NCBI RefSeq assembly: GCF_000012905.2
Contig: NC_007493.2
Coordinates: forward strand, 1,860,001-1,892,000
Source of the DNA: Cereibacter sphaeroides 2.4.1
GTDB lineage: Bacteria > Pseudomonadota > Alphaproteobacteria > Rhodobacterales > Rhodobacteraceae
DNA length: 32,000 nucleotides
Direction: 5' to 3'
Shown piece after piece: positions 17,577-24,405 of the stretch. Made by a program: the position numbers and the translations under genes. Below the pieces are notes generated by a model. It saw only the letters and a list, made by a program, of their open reading frames with translations. It was not told the origin of the DNA and did no database searches. Every line of letters begins with the position of its first letter. The first letter of the stretch is position 1.

Positions 17577-17606
17577 TTGACTTCCCGGAAGCCGGCCCCG
17601 TAGCCT
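17577..17606 (+). promoter_or_regulatory. Weak candidate promoter for the binding-protein gene
   Basis: TTGACT (17577-17582), an 18-nt spacer, then TAGCCT (17601-17606), about 75 nt before the GTG start. The -10 is poor. Confidence 0.2.
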
Positions 17607-17682
17607 CGTCCTGCTCCGTCCCGCTCGGACGGGGCCATGTCTGCGGGACGGAACCCGCATGAGATCAACAGGGGAGAATTCA

Positions 17683-18759
17683 GTGAGGCGCATCATCCTT
17701 CTGTCCACGGCCCTGGCAGGCTTCGCCCTGCCCGCCGCGGCGGACCAGATTGCCGTCCTCGGCTGGGGCGGGGCCTACACGACCAGCCAGGTCGAGGCCT
17801 ACCACAAGCCGTTCACCGCCAAGACCGGGGTGGGCGTGGTGTCGGTCGACACCGACAACCCGGCCACGCCGATCAAGGCGCAGGTCGAATCGGGCAACGT
17901 CACCACCGACGTGGCCAGCGTCGAATATGCCGACGCCGTCCGGCTCTGCGACGAGGGTCTGCTCGAGGAGATCGATCCCGCCATCCTGCCGGCCGCGCCC
18001 GACGGCACCCCCGCCGAAGAGGATTTCCTGCCCGGCTCGCTCGCCGACTGCTTCGTGGCGACGGATGTCTTCTCGACCGTGCTGGCCTATGACGCCTCGA
18101 AGTTCGCCGATGGGGCGGCCCCGACCAAGCTCGCCGATTTCTTCGATCTTGAGAAATTCCCGGGCAAGCGCGGGATGCGCAAGTCGGCCAAAGTGAACCT
18201 CGAAATGGCGCTCCTCGCCGACGGGGTGCCGGCGGCCGAGGTCTATGACATGCTGCGCACCGACGAAGGCGTGGAGCGCGCCTTCAAGAAGCTCGATTCG
18301 ATCAAGAGCCAGATCGTCTGGTGGGAAGCCGGCGCCCAGCCGCCGCAGCTGCTCGCGGATGGCGAGGTGGCCATGACCATCGCCTACAACGGCCGGATCT
18401 TCAACGCCGCCATCACCGAGAACAAGCCGTTCGAGATCGTCTGGGACGGGCAGGTCTACGAGGTCGAAGGCTGGGTGATCCCGAAGGGCGCGCCGAACCT
18501 CGAGCTGGCCAAGGATTTCGTCGCCTTCTCGACCAGCGCCGAACCGCTGGCCAAGGCCGCGGAATGGATCAGCTACGGCCCGCCGCGCAAATCCTCGGCG
18601 CCGCTCGTCGGCACCTTCATGGACGGCAAGACCGAGATGGCGCCGCACCTGCCCACGAGCCCCGAGAACATGACGAATGCGCTCGCCTCCGACTACGAGT
18701 TCTGGGTCGATCACGACACCGAGCTGAACGAGCGCTTCAACGCCTGGCTCGCCGGCTGA
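17683..18759 (+). CDS. Periplasmic ABC-transporter substrate-binding protein (PotD/PotF-like, SBP family 1)
   Basis: 358 aa from GTG 17683 (GGGGAGA 5 nt upstream). The tracked ATG at 17659 is in frame but lacks an SD. Signal peptide RRIILLSTALAGFALPAAA|DQ. The overall PotF-like pattern (VLGWGGAY..., WWEAGAQP, AYNGRI) was recognised by eye. Confidence 0.8.
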   Translation: MRRIILLSTALAGFALPAAADQIAVLGWGGAYTTSQVEAYHKPFTAKTGVGVVSVDTDNPATPIKAQVESGNVTTDVASVEYADAVRLCDEGLLEEIDPAILPAAPDGTPAEEDFLPGSLADCFVATDVFSTVLAYDASKFADGAAPTKLADFFDLEKFPGKRGMRKSAKVNLEMALLADGVPAAEVYDMLRTDEGVERAFKKLDSIKSQIVWWEAGAQPPQLLADGEVAMTIAYNGRIFNAAITENKPFEIVWDGQVYEVEGWVIPKGAPNLELAKDFVAFSTSAEPLAKAAEWISYGPPRKSSAPLVGTFMDGKTEMAPHLPTSPENMTNALASDYEFWVDHDTELNERFNAWLAG

Positions 18760-18766
18760 CACGGAC

Positions 18767-18790
18767 CCGCCCGGGCTTCGGCCCGGGCGG
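18767..18790 (+). terminator. Stem-loop after the binding-protein gene
   Basis: CCGCCCGGGC-TTCG-GCCCGGGCGG, a perfect 10-bp stem 8 nt after the stop. No clear T-run follows (CCTTCCCCC). Confidence 0.45.
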
Positions 18791-18875
18791 CCTTCCCCCT
18801 GCGCAAAGGTCGCACCTCCGGCGCCTTGACCCCTGATCGTCAGAGGGATCGAATGCCTCCGCGGAGGAGTGCAGC

Positions 18876-19067
18876 ATGGAACAGGAAGACCTCAGGACGT
18901 CCTACGTCCTCGCCTGGGTCAGCGCCCAGGACAAGCTCGAATTCGACCGGCATTATCCCGATGGCAGCCCGCTCGAATTCCCGACCGAAGAGGCGGCGCT
19001 CGCCGCCATTCCGCCGGAGGGCACGCGCCTCGTGCTGAAGTCGGTCACGCGCCACCGCCGCGACTGA
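18876..19067 (+). CDS. Small hypothetical protein (63 aa)
   Basis: GGAGGAG lies 6 nt before the ATG. The composition looks protein-like and is not Arg/Pro-rich. No family recognised. Confidence 0.5.
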   Translation: MEQEDLRTSYVLAWVSAQDKLEFDRHYPDGSPLEFPTEEAALAAIPPEGTRLVLKSVTRHRRD

Positions 19068-19137
19068 ACCACGCGGCCTCTACGGATCGGGCACGAGGAC
19101 GGACCGTCCTCCCCGCCCGCCGGGACGCCGCCCGTCC

Positions 19138-20811
19138 TTACTGCGCCCGGTTGGCCCGTGCCAGCAGCGCCACCGCCGCAAGTCCCACCAGCATGACGAG
19201 AAGCGCCGCCGGTGCCGCCTCGCCCAGCCGCTCGAGGCTCGCCTGTTCATGGGCGCGGGTGGCGAGCGTGTTGTAGTTGAAGGGCCGCAGGAGCAGCGTC
19301 GCGGGCAGCTCCTTCACGCAGTCGACGAAGACCACGAGCAGCGCGGTCGCGACCGAGCCGCGCATCAGCGGCAGATAGACCGACGCCAGCACCGACCCCG
19401 GCCTGCGCCCGAGCGAGCGCGCCGCCATCGGCAGGCTGGGCGAGATCCGCCCAAAGGCCGAATCCACCGCGCCCTGCGCCACGCCGAAGAAGCGCACCAT
19501 ATAGGCCAGCACCAGCGCCGCCGCCGTGCCGGTCAGCAGCAGCCCCGGATCGTGCCCGGTCAGCGCCGCCATCGCATCCGCGACCCGGTGGTCGAGCGCT
19601 GCCAGCGGGATCAGAAGCCCCAGCGCCAGCACCGCCCCCGGCGCGGCATAGCCCAGAAGCGTGAGCGGCAGCACGAGCCGCGGCAGGCCCCGCCCGGCAA
19701 GCCGCACCCCGTAGACGAGAAACAGCGCGGCCCCCACCGTCAGGATCGCGGCGATCCCGCCCACGGTCAGCGTGTTGCCGAGCGCCTTCAGAAGGCCCGG
19801 CGAGGTCCAGGCGTCGGGCTTGCGCAGCGCGTGATTCAGCATCACCGCGACCGGCAGCAGGAAGCCCGTGACGACCGGCAGGAGACAGAAGCCGCAGGCG
19901 ATCCAGCCGCGGCCTCTCGTGAGCGTCAGGGGCTGGATCGGGCGCGCGCCGCGCGACATACGATGGAAACGCGCGTTCCGCCGCCCCACCCGCTCGAGCG
20001 CGACGAGCAGGAAGATCAGCACCAGCACCACGCCCGAGATCTGCGCGGCGCCGCCGGCGTTGCCGGCTGTCAACCAGACCGAAAAGATGCCCGTCGTCAG
20101 CGTCTGGACCCCGAAATGTTCGACCGTGCCGAAATCGGCAACCGTCTCCATCATCGCAAGCGCCACGCCCGCCGCGATGGCAGGACGGGCGAGCGGCAGG
20201 CCCACCCGCAGGAAAAGCCCCCACGGTCCCTTGCCCAGCGCCCGCGCCACCTCGTAGGAGGCACCCGACTGCTCGCGGAAGGCCGCACGCGCCAGCAGAT
20301 AGACGTAAGGATAGAGCGCCGAGGACAGGACGAGGATCGCCGCCCCGCGCGAGCGCACCTCGGGAAACCAGTAGTCGCGCGCCGACTGCCAGCCCATGAA
20401 ACCGCGCAGAGCCGTCTGCAGCGCGCCGGAATAATCGAGGAAATCCGCCAGCGCATAGGCGCCGATATAGGCGGGGATCGCCAGCGGAAACAGAAGCGCA
20501 TGATCGAGGATCCGCACGCCCGGGAAGCGGTACATGGTCACGAGCCAGGCCGCCCCGGTCCCCACCATGGCGGTGAGCGCCGCAACGCCCGCCATCAGCA
20601 CGAGCGTGTTCGTCAGGTAGCGCGGCAGCACCGACGAGAGCAGATGCGGCCAGATGTTCTCGACCGGGTGAAAGGCGATCCAGATCACCGAGACGATCGG
20701 CATGAGGACGAGGGCCGCGATGGCGAGCGCGCCCAGCGACCAGCCGTCGGGGCGCGGCAGACGCAGCCCCGCCCGTGCGGCAGGCAGATCGGTCCGATGG
20801 GGGTCCAGCAT
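19138..20811 (-). CDS. ABC-transporter permease with two fused transmembrane domains (FbpB/ThiP-like, iron(III)/thiamine-type)
   Basis: 557 aa, about 12 TMs arranged as two repeats, each with an EAA-like loop region (YEVARALGKGPW.. and PMAARSLGRRPG..). AAGGGG precedes the ATG. Confidence 0.85.
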   Translation of the reverse strand: MLDPHRTDLPAARAGLRLPRPDGWSLGALAIAALVLMPIVSVIWIAFHPVENIWPHLLSSVLPRYLTNTLVLMAGVAALTAMVGTGAAWLVTMYRFPGVRILDHALLFPLAIPAYIGAYALADFLDYSGALQTALRGFMGWQSARDYWFPEVRSRGAAILVLSSALYPYVYLLARAAFREQSGASYEVARALGKGPWGLFLRVGLPLARPAIAAGVALAMMETVADFGTVEHFGVQTLTTGIFSVWLTAGNAGGAAQISGVVLVLIFLLVALERVGRRNARFHRMSRGARPIQPLTLTRGRGWIACGFCLLPVVTGFLLPVAVMLNHALRKPDAWTSPGLLKALGNTLTVGGIAAILTVGAALFLVYGVRLAGRGLPRLVLPLTLLGYAAPGAVLALGLLIPLAALDHRVADAMAALTGHDPGLLLTGTAAALVLAYMVRFFGVAQGAVDSAFGRISPSLPMAARSLGRRPGSVLASVYLPLMRGSVATALLVVFVDCVKELPATLLLRPFNYNTLATRAHEQASLERLGEAAPAALLVMLVGLAAVALLARANRAQ

Positions 20812-20906
20812 CCCTGCCCCTTAGCGGAATGCGGATTTGCTGTCCAGAAAGGCAGCGGCCCGGATCGCCGTGCAGGCCCCCGACAGGAACCCGCGGCGGA
20901 GGGCGA

Positions 20907-20926
20907 CCGCCTCGGGCCCGAGGCGG
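20907..20926 (-). terminator. 20-bp perfect palindrome downstream of gapR
   Basis: CCGCCTCGGG|CCCGAGGCGG, 38 nt after the gapR stop. No T-run. It may act as a terminator or attenuator between gapR and the permease gene. Confidence 0.3.
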
Positions 20927-20963
20927 CGACCCGCGGCCATCCGGCAGCCGATGCCCCCGGACC

Positions 20964-21218
20964 TCAGCCCATCCCGAGGGCGGATTTGTAGAGTTCGAGG
21001 ATCGTCTCTTCCTCGGCGATGTCGTCGGGCTTGCGCTTGCGCAGGGCCACGACCTTCTTCATCACCTTCGTGTCGTAGCCGCGGCCCTTGGCTTCCGCCA
21101 TCAGCTCTTTCTGCTGCTCGGTCACGTCCTTCTTCTCGGCCTCGAGCTGCTCGTAGCGCTCGATGAACTGGCGCAGCTCGTCGGCGGTGACGTTGTAGGA
21201 ATCCAGCGGGTCGCTCAT
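20964..21218 (-). CDS. gapR: DUF2312/UPF0335 nucleoid-associated protein (GapR family)
   Basis: 84 aa. LRQFIERYEQLEAEKKDVTEQQKELMAEAKGRGYDTKVMKKVVALRKRK...ILELYKSALG aligns by eye with Caulobacter GapR (..EAKGNGFDVKVLKKVV..ILDLYLSAIG). Confidence 0.85.
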   Translation of the reverse strand: MSDPLDSYNVTADELRQFIERYEQLEAEKKDVTEQQKELMAEAKGRGYDTKVMKKVVALRKRKPDDIAEEETILELYKSALGMG

Positions 21219-21354
21219 GTCTCTGCCTCTCGGTCTCGTTGGCGCCCCTCCTATCGCGGGCCGGGGGGCCGGATCAAGCGGCTGAAGGCGGAGAGCGCCC
21301 TTGCCAGGGCCGCGCAGGCGGGCTAGGCCGCGCGCAGGTCAGCGGGAGACGCGC

Positions 21355-21570
21355 ATGGAATGGATGATCTGGATCGGAGCCCTGATCTCGCTCGCCGGTG
21401 TGGGCGGGCTTGTCTGGTGCATCTGGCTTGCGCTTCAGGCGCGGCGGTCCGGGCTCGACGACGCGGCGATGCGCGAGCGCCTGCAGCGGGTTGTCGTGCT
21501 GAACGTGGCGGCGCTCGGCGTGTCCGCACTCGGGCTCATGTGCGTAGTGATGGGCATCCTGCTCGGCTGA
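21355..21570 (+). CDS. Small hypothetical membrane protein (2 TM, 71 aa)
   Basis: Internal Met MEWMIWIGALISLAGVGGLVW with GGGAGA 5 nt upstream. Second TM VAALGVSALGLMCVVMGILLG. The tracked N-terminal extension is Arg/Pro-rich. Confidence 0.5.
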   Translation: MEWMIWIGALISLAGVGGLVWCIWLALQARRSGLDDAAMRERLQRVVVLNVAALGVSALGLMCVVMGILLG

Positions 21571-21782
21571 GCGCTTTCGCGCGAGCCGCAGGCCCCCTTT
21601 TCGGCGCGGTTGTCCGTCAGGACCGCAAGCCGGCAAGGACGGTGAAGCGTCAGCATGTCTCCGAGCGGGGACGGGGCACAGGTTTCGGTCGATCACCCCG
21701 GGTTCGTCACCCGGAGCGGCGGTGCCTGACATGACGGTCTTTTCGGGAGATCGACTCCTGGTGCGGGAGAACCCCCGCCGCG

Positions 21783-21959
21783 TCACACCGGCATGTTGTC
21801 GAAATCTGCCTCGATCTCGGCATCGGTCCGGTCAACCGCGGGTATCACCAGAGCAAGTCCCTGCATTTCGGCAAGAAGATGGGCGAGGCTCTCCAGCGGA
21901 GCGGCCTCTTCCTGTTGCGGCAGGCTGCGGACAGCTTCGGGTTTCGGTTCGAACGACAT
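21783..21959 (-). CDS. Acidic 58-aa hypothetical miniprotein, operonic with the DksA/TraR gene
   Basis: ATG 21959 is preceded by GGAGGAGGA and lies 17 nt after the DksA-like stop. Sequence MSFEPKPEAVRSLPQQEEAAPLESLAHLLAEMQGLALVIPAVDRTDAEIEADFDNMPV. The rest of the tracked 172-aa ORF is an out-of-frame shadow of the DksA-like gene. Confidence 0.5.
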   Translation of the reverse strand: MSFEPKPEAVRSLPQQEEAAPLESLAHLLAEMQGLALVIPAVDRTDAEIEADFDNMPV

Positions 21960-21976
21960 GGATCCTCCTCCGCCGG

Positions 21977-22294
21977 TTACCCGGCGCATTTGCGGCAGAA
22001 GGGCGTGTAGGGCAGCACATCGAGCCGCGCTTCGCCGATTTCGGCCCCGCATTTGACGCAGAAGCCATATTCGTCCGCGTCGATCCGGGCGAGCGCCGCC
22101 GTGATCGCGCGGATTTCCTGCTGACCCGAGGTGCCCATGCTTTCCAGCACCTCCTCGGTCTCGCGTTCGGTGGCAAGCTCTTCCCAGTCGCGCGAATTGT
22201 GCGAGTCGAGCTCTGCCTCGATGCCTTCGAGACGGGCCCCGAGATCGGCCAGCCGCGCCTCGAGCTGGGCCTTGCGACGGGGAATGTCGATCAT
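21977..22294 (-). CDS. DksA/TraR-family C4 zinc-finger protein
   Basis: 105 aa from MIDIPRRK (GAGGAGG upstream). A coiled-coil region, then CVKCGAEIGEARLDVLPYTPFCRKC (CxxC-N17-CxxC). The coiled-coil tip reads RDWEELA, which is DxxExA and not the DksA DxxDxA. Confidence 0.85.
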   Translation of the reverse strand: MIDIPRRKAQLEARLADLGARLEGIEAELDSHNSRDWEELATERETEEVLESMGTSGQQEIRAITAALARIDADEYGFCVKCGAEIGEARLDVLPYTPFCRKCAG

Positions 22295-22619
22295 GGGCCA
22301 CCTCCTCTGATTGCCGGAGGTTAGGCGAAGGCCCACAGCCCCTCCTTGATGCAGGTCAATGATTTAAGCCCTTCGCCGAGGGCGCCGTCCCCGACGTCAC
22401 GCAGTACGGCGGAGAGGTTGCGAGCGACGGCGCAGGGGAAGGAACGGGCGACGGCGCCGCAGAATGGAGGTGCGGGCGGAGGCCTCGCCTCCACCGGGAT
22501 GGCGCCGCACCGCCGGCTGTGCACCGGCCGCCGGAGCGTGAACCGGCGCCCTGCGGCCTTTCCTCCTGCGGCGGGGGGCGATATGGTCGCCCGCAGCCGC
22601 GCTGCAGCACGAGGACCCC

Positions 22620-23051
22620 ATGAGCTTCCGCCCCCTGACCGACCGCTACGCCGTCTCGCCCCAGATCTCGCAGGAGGAGCTTCCGGCGCTCCGCGCGGCA
22701 GGCTTCACCACGATCATCGACAACCGGCCGGATGGCGAGATCCCGCCCCATCTCCAGACCGAGGAGATGCGCCGGGCGGCGGAGGCCGAGGGCTTCACCT
22801 TCATCGCGAACCCGGTGATCGGCGGCGCCGTCACGCTCGAGAATGTCGAGCGCCAGCGCGAGGCCATCGATCAGGCCGGCGGCCCGGTGCTGGCCTACTG
22901 CGCCTCGGGCAACCGCTCTTCGGTGGTCTGGGCGCTGGCGAATGCCGGCCGGATGCCGACGGACGAGCTGATCGGCCTGCCTGCCCGGCACGGCTACCAG
23001 CTCGAAGGGCTGCGCCACGAGATCGACCGCCTCGCGCGGGAGCGCGGCTGA
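22620..23051 (+). CDS. DUF442/TIGR01244-type phosphatase-like (sulfur-transferase-associated) protein
   Basis: 143 aa. ISPQIS..., IIDNRPDGE, and the P-loop-like YCASGNRS are typical of the beta-lactamase-hydrolase-like N-terminal/DUF442 fold. GAGGA lies 4 nt before the ATG. Confidence 0.75.
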   Translation: MSFRPLTDRYAVSPQISQEELPALRAAGFTTIIDNRPDGEIPPHLQTEEMRRAAEAEGFTFIANPVIGGAVTLENVERQREAIDQAGGPVLAYCASGNRSSVVWALANAGRMPTDELIGLPARHGYQLEGLRHEIDRLARERG

Positions 23052-23309
23052 CAGGCAGGTTACGGGTGCGGCGCCGCGAGGCGCTGCGCGGCTTCTGAGC
23101 CGCGCATCCTTCTGCCGCCCACGACCTGTGCCAAGGCTCCGCTTTCGGCTCGATCCGCCCGGCAAGGCGGGACGGGGCGCGTTCCTCTGCCGGACGGGAC
23201 GTCGAAACGGGGCGCAATGGCCGGGCGCCGCGCATCGGGGGCCGTCGTGGCCCGGGGCAGAAGGCTTCGGGGAGCGGCGCATGGCTGCGTGCGCCAGACG
23301 GTGTTCGGC

Positions 23310-24341
23310 TCACTCGTCAGTCCCCGTCATGGCGAAAGACAGGTCTTCATCCTCGGGCTCGAACTCCGGCAGAGCGGGGGGCGGATCGGCCGCCGCCATG
23401 GGCGCCAGACGCACGGCGCGCATCCCGCGATGCTGGCCGAGCCGCCCCTCGGCGACCGGATGGCCGTCGAGCCCCACGAAGAGGATATGGTCGAGCGTGG
23501 CCTGCGGCAGCGGCACCGTATCGCCCGGCTGCCAGTCGAGGACCTGGGCGAGCGGCAGGGTGATGCGGCCGAGAACCGCCTCGAGCCGGCAGTCCACCGC
23601 CATCACCTGCTCGGCCAGAGCCGCGCCGAAGTCGGTCAGCGGCGGCGGAGCCTCGTCCTGGCTGCCGTCGTGCGGCCGCTCTCCGCGGCCGTCGGCCGGG
23701 ACGGCGAGGAGAAGCTGCCCGCTCTTGGCGCCGAGGGCCAGCTCCACCTCGGCCACCAGCACACGGTAGGAACAATCCTCGAGCAGGAGGCCAAGCGGCC
23801 GGGGATCGTCGAGGAAGGAGGCGTAGCGGAAGCCGCTGGCCCAGACCCGATCCTCATCCTCGAGCAGAAGGAGGTCGAGCTCGGCCAGCGCGCGGTCGAT
23901 GAAATCCTGTACCATGGCCGCGTCGGTGCGGCTGGGCTTGCGGGTGGCGGCGGGCTGCGGCCTGACCCGGCCCACGGTCTGCACCTCGACCAGCCCGGCA
24001 AGCAGCGGCGGCGCGAGGGCGATCAGTCCCAGCCCCTCGCCCGGCCCTTCGAGCACCGCATGGAACGACAGATCCTCGGGCATCTCGAGGAGTTCGGTGA
24101 GGGAGCGGCGCAGACAGTCGAGCCGCGGCACGTCGAGGGCGAGCGCGAAGGCATCGCGCCCGGCCCGCGCCAGCGCCAGCCGCAGGCCGCGCTCGGCGCC
24201 GGTGACCTGCGGCACCGCCGGCCGGGCCTTCGCCTCGATCTTGCGCCTGAGCACGCTCTCCGTCACCGTCGCTTCCCACATGCCGCTGCCCTGCCCTTCT
24301 GACATGGCAGGATTGAGAAACGGTTGATGGCGGAGGGCCAT
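23310..24341 (-). CDS. FliM-family flagellar-switch-like protein (FliM middle domain + C-terminal SpoA/FliN-like domain)
   Basis: 343 aa. LGLIALAPPLLAGLVEVQTVGRV and SRTDAAMVQDFIDRALAELD resemble the FliM middle domain. The C-terminus LEAVLGRITLPLAQVLDWQPGDTVPLP...VGLDGHPVAEGRLGQHRGMRAVRL is SpoA-like. The start is ambiguous (24341, 24305 or 24281), and only 24281 has an AGGG-type SD. No other flagellar gene is in the window. Confidence 0.75.
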   Translation of the reverse strand: MALRHQPFLNPAMSEGQGSGMWEATVTESVLRRKIEAKARPAVPQVTGAERGLRLALARAGRDAFALALDVPRLDCLRRSLTELLEMPEDLSFHAVLEGPGEGLGLIALAPPLLAGLVEVQTVGRVRPQPAATRKPSRTDAAMVQDFIDRALAELDLLLLEDEDRVWASGFRYASFLDDPRPLGLLLEDCSYRVLVAEVELALGAKSGQLLLAVPADGRGERPHDGSQDEAPPPLTDFGAALAEQVMAVDCRLEAVLGRITLPLAQVLDWQPGDTVPLPQATLDHILFVGLDGHPVAEGRLGQHRGMRAVRLAPMAAADPPPALPEFEPEDEDLSFAMTGTDE

Positions 24342-24405
24342 GTCGCCCGGGCCGGACCTGCCAGCATCCTGGGTCGGGGGGCGCCGCAGGCGGTGGTGGC
24401 CGCGC

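Noticed and set aside
17139-17708. ORFs inside the long intergenic gap (17139..17708 -, 17044..17427 -, 17212..17580 +, 17231..17662 +, 16870..17073 +)
   Set aside because: All are Arg/Pro/Ser-rich or start at non-ATG codons without an SD. None has motifs and they mutually overlap in several frames, so I treat the region as non-coding or possibly decayed.
19249-20991. 580-aa plus-strand ORF, plus the 325-aa minus-strand alternative frame (19247..20224)
   Set aside because: These are shadows of the ABC permease gene. They are extremely Arg-rich, whereas the permease frame gives a coherent 12-TM protein.
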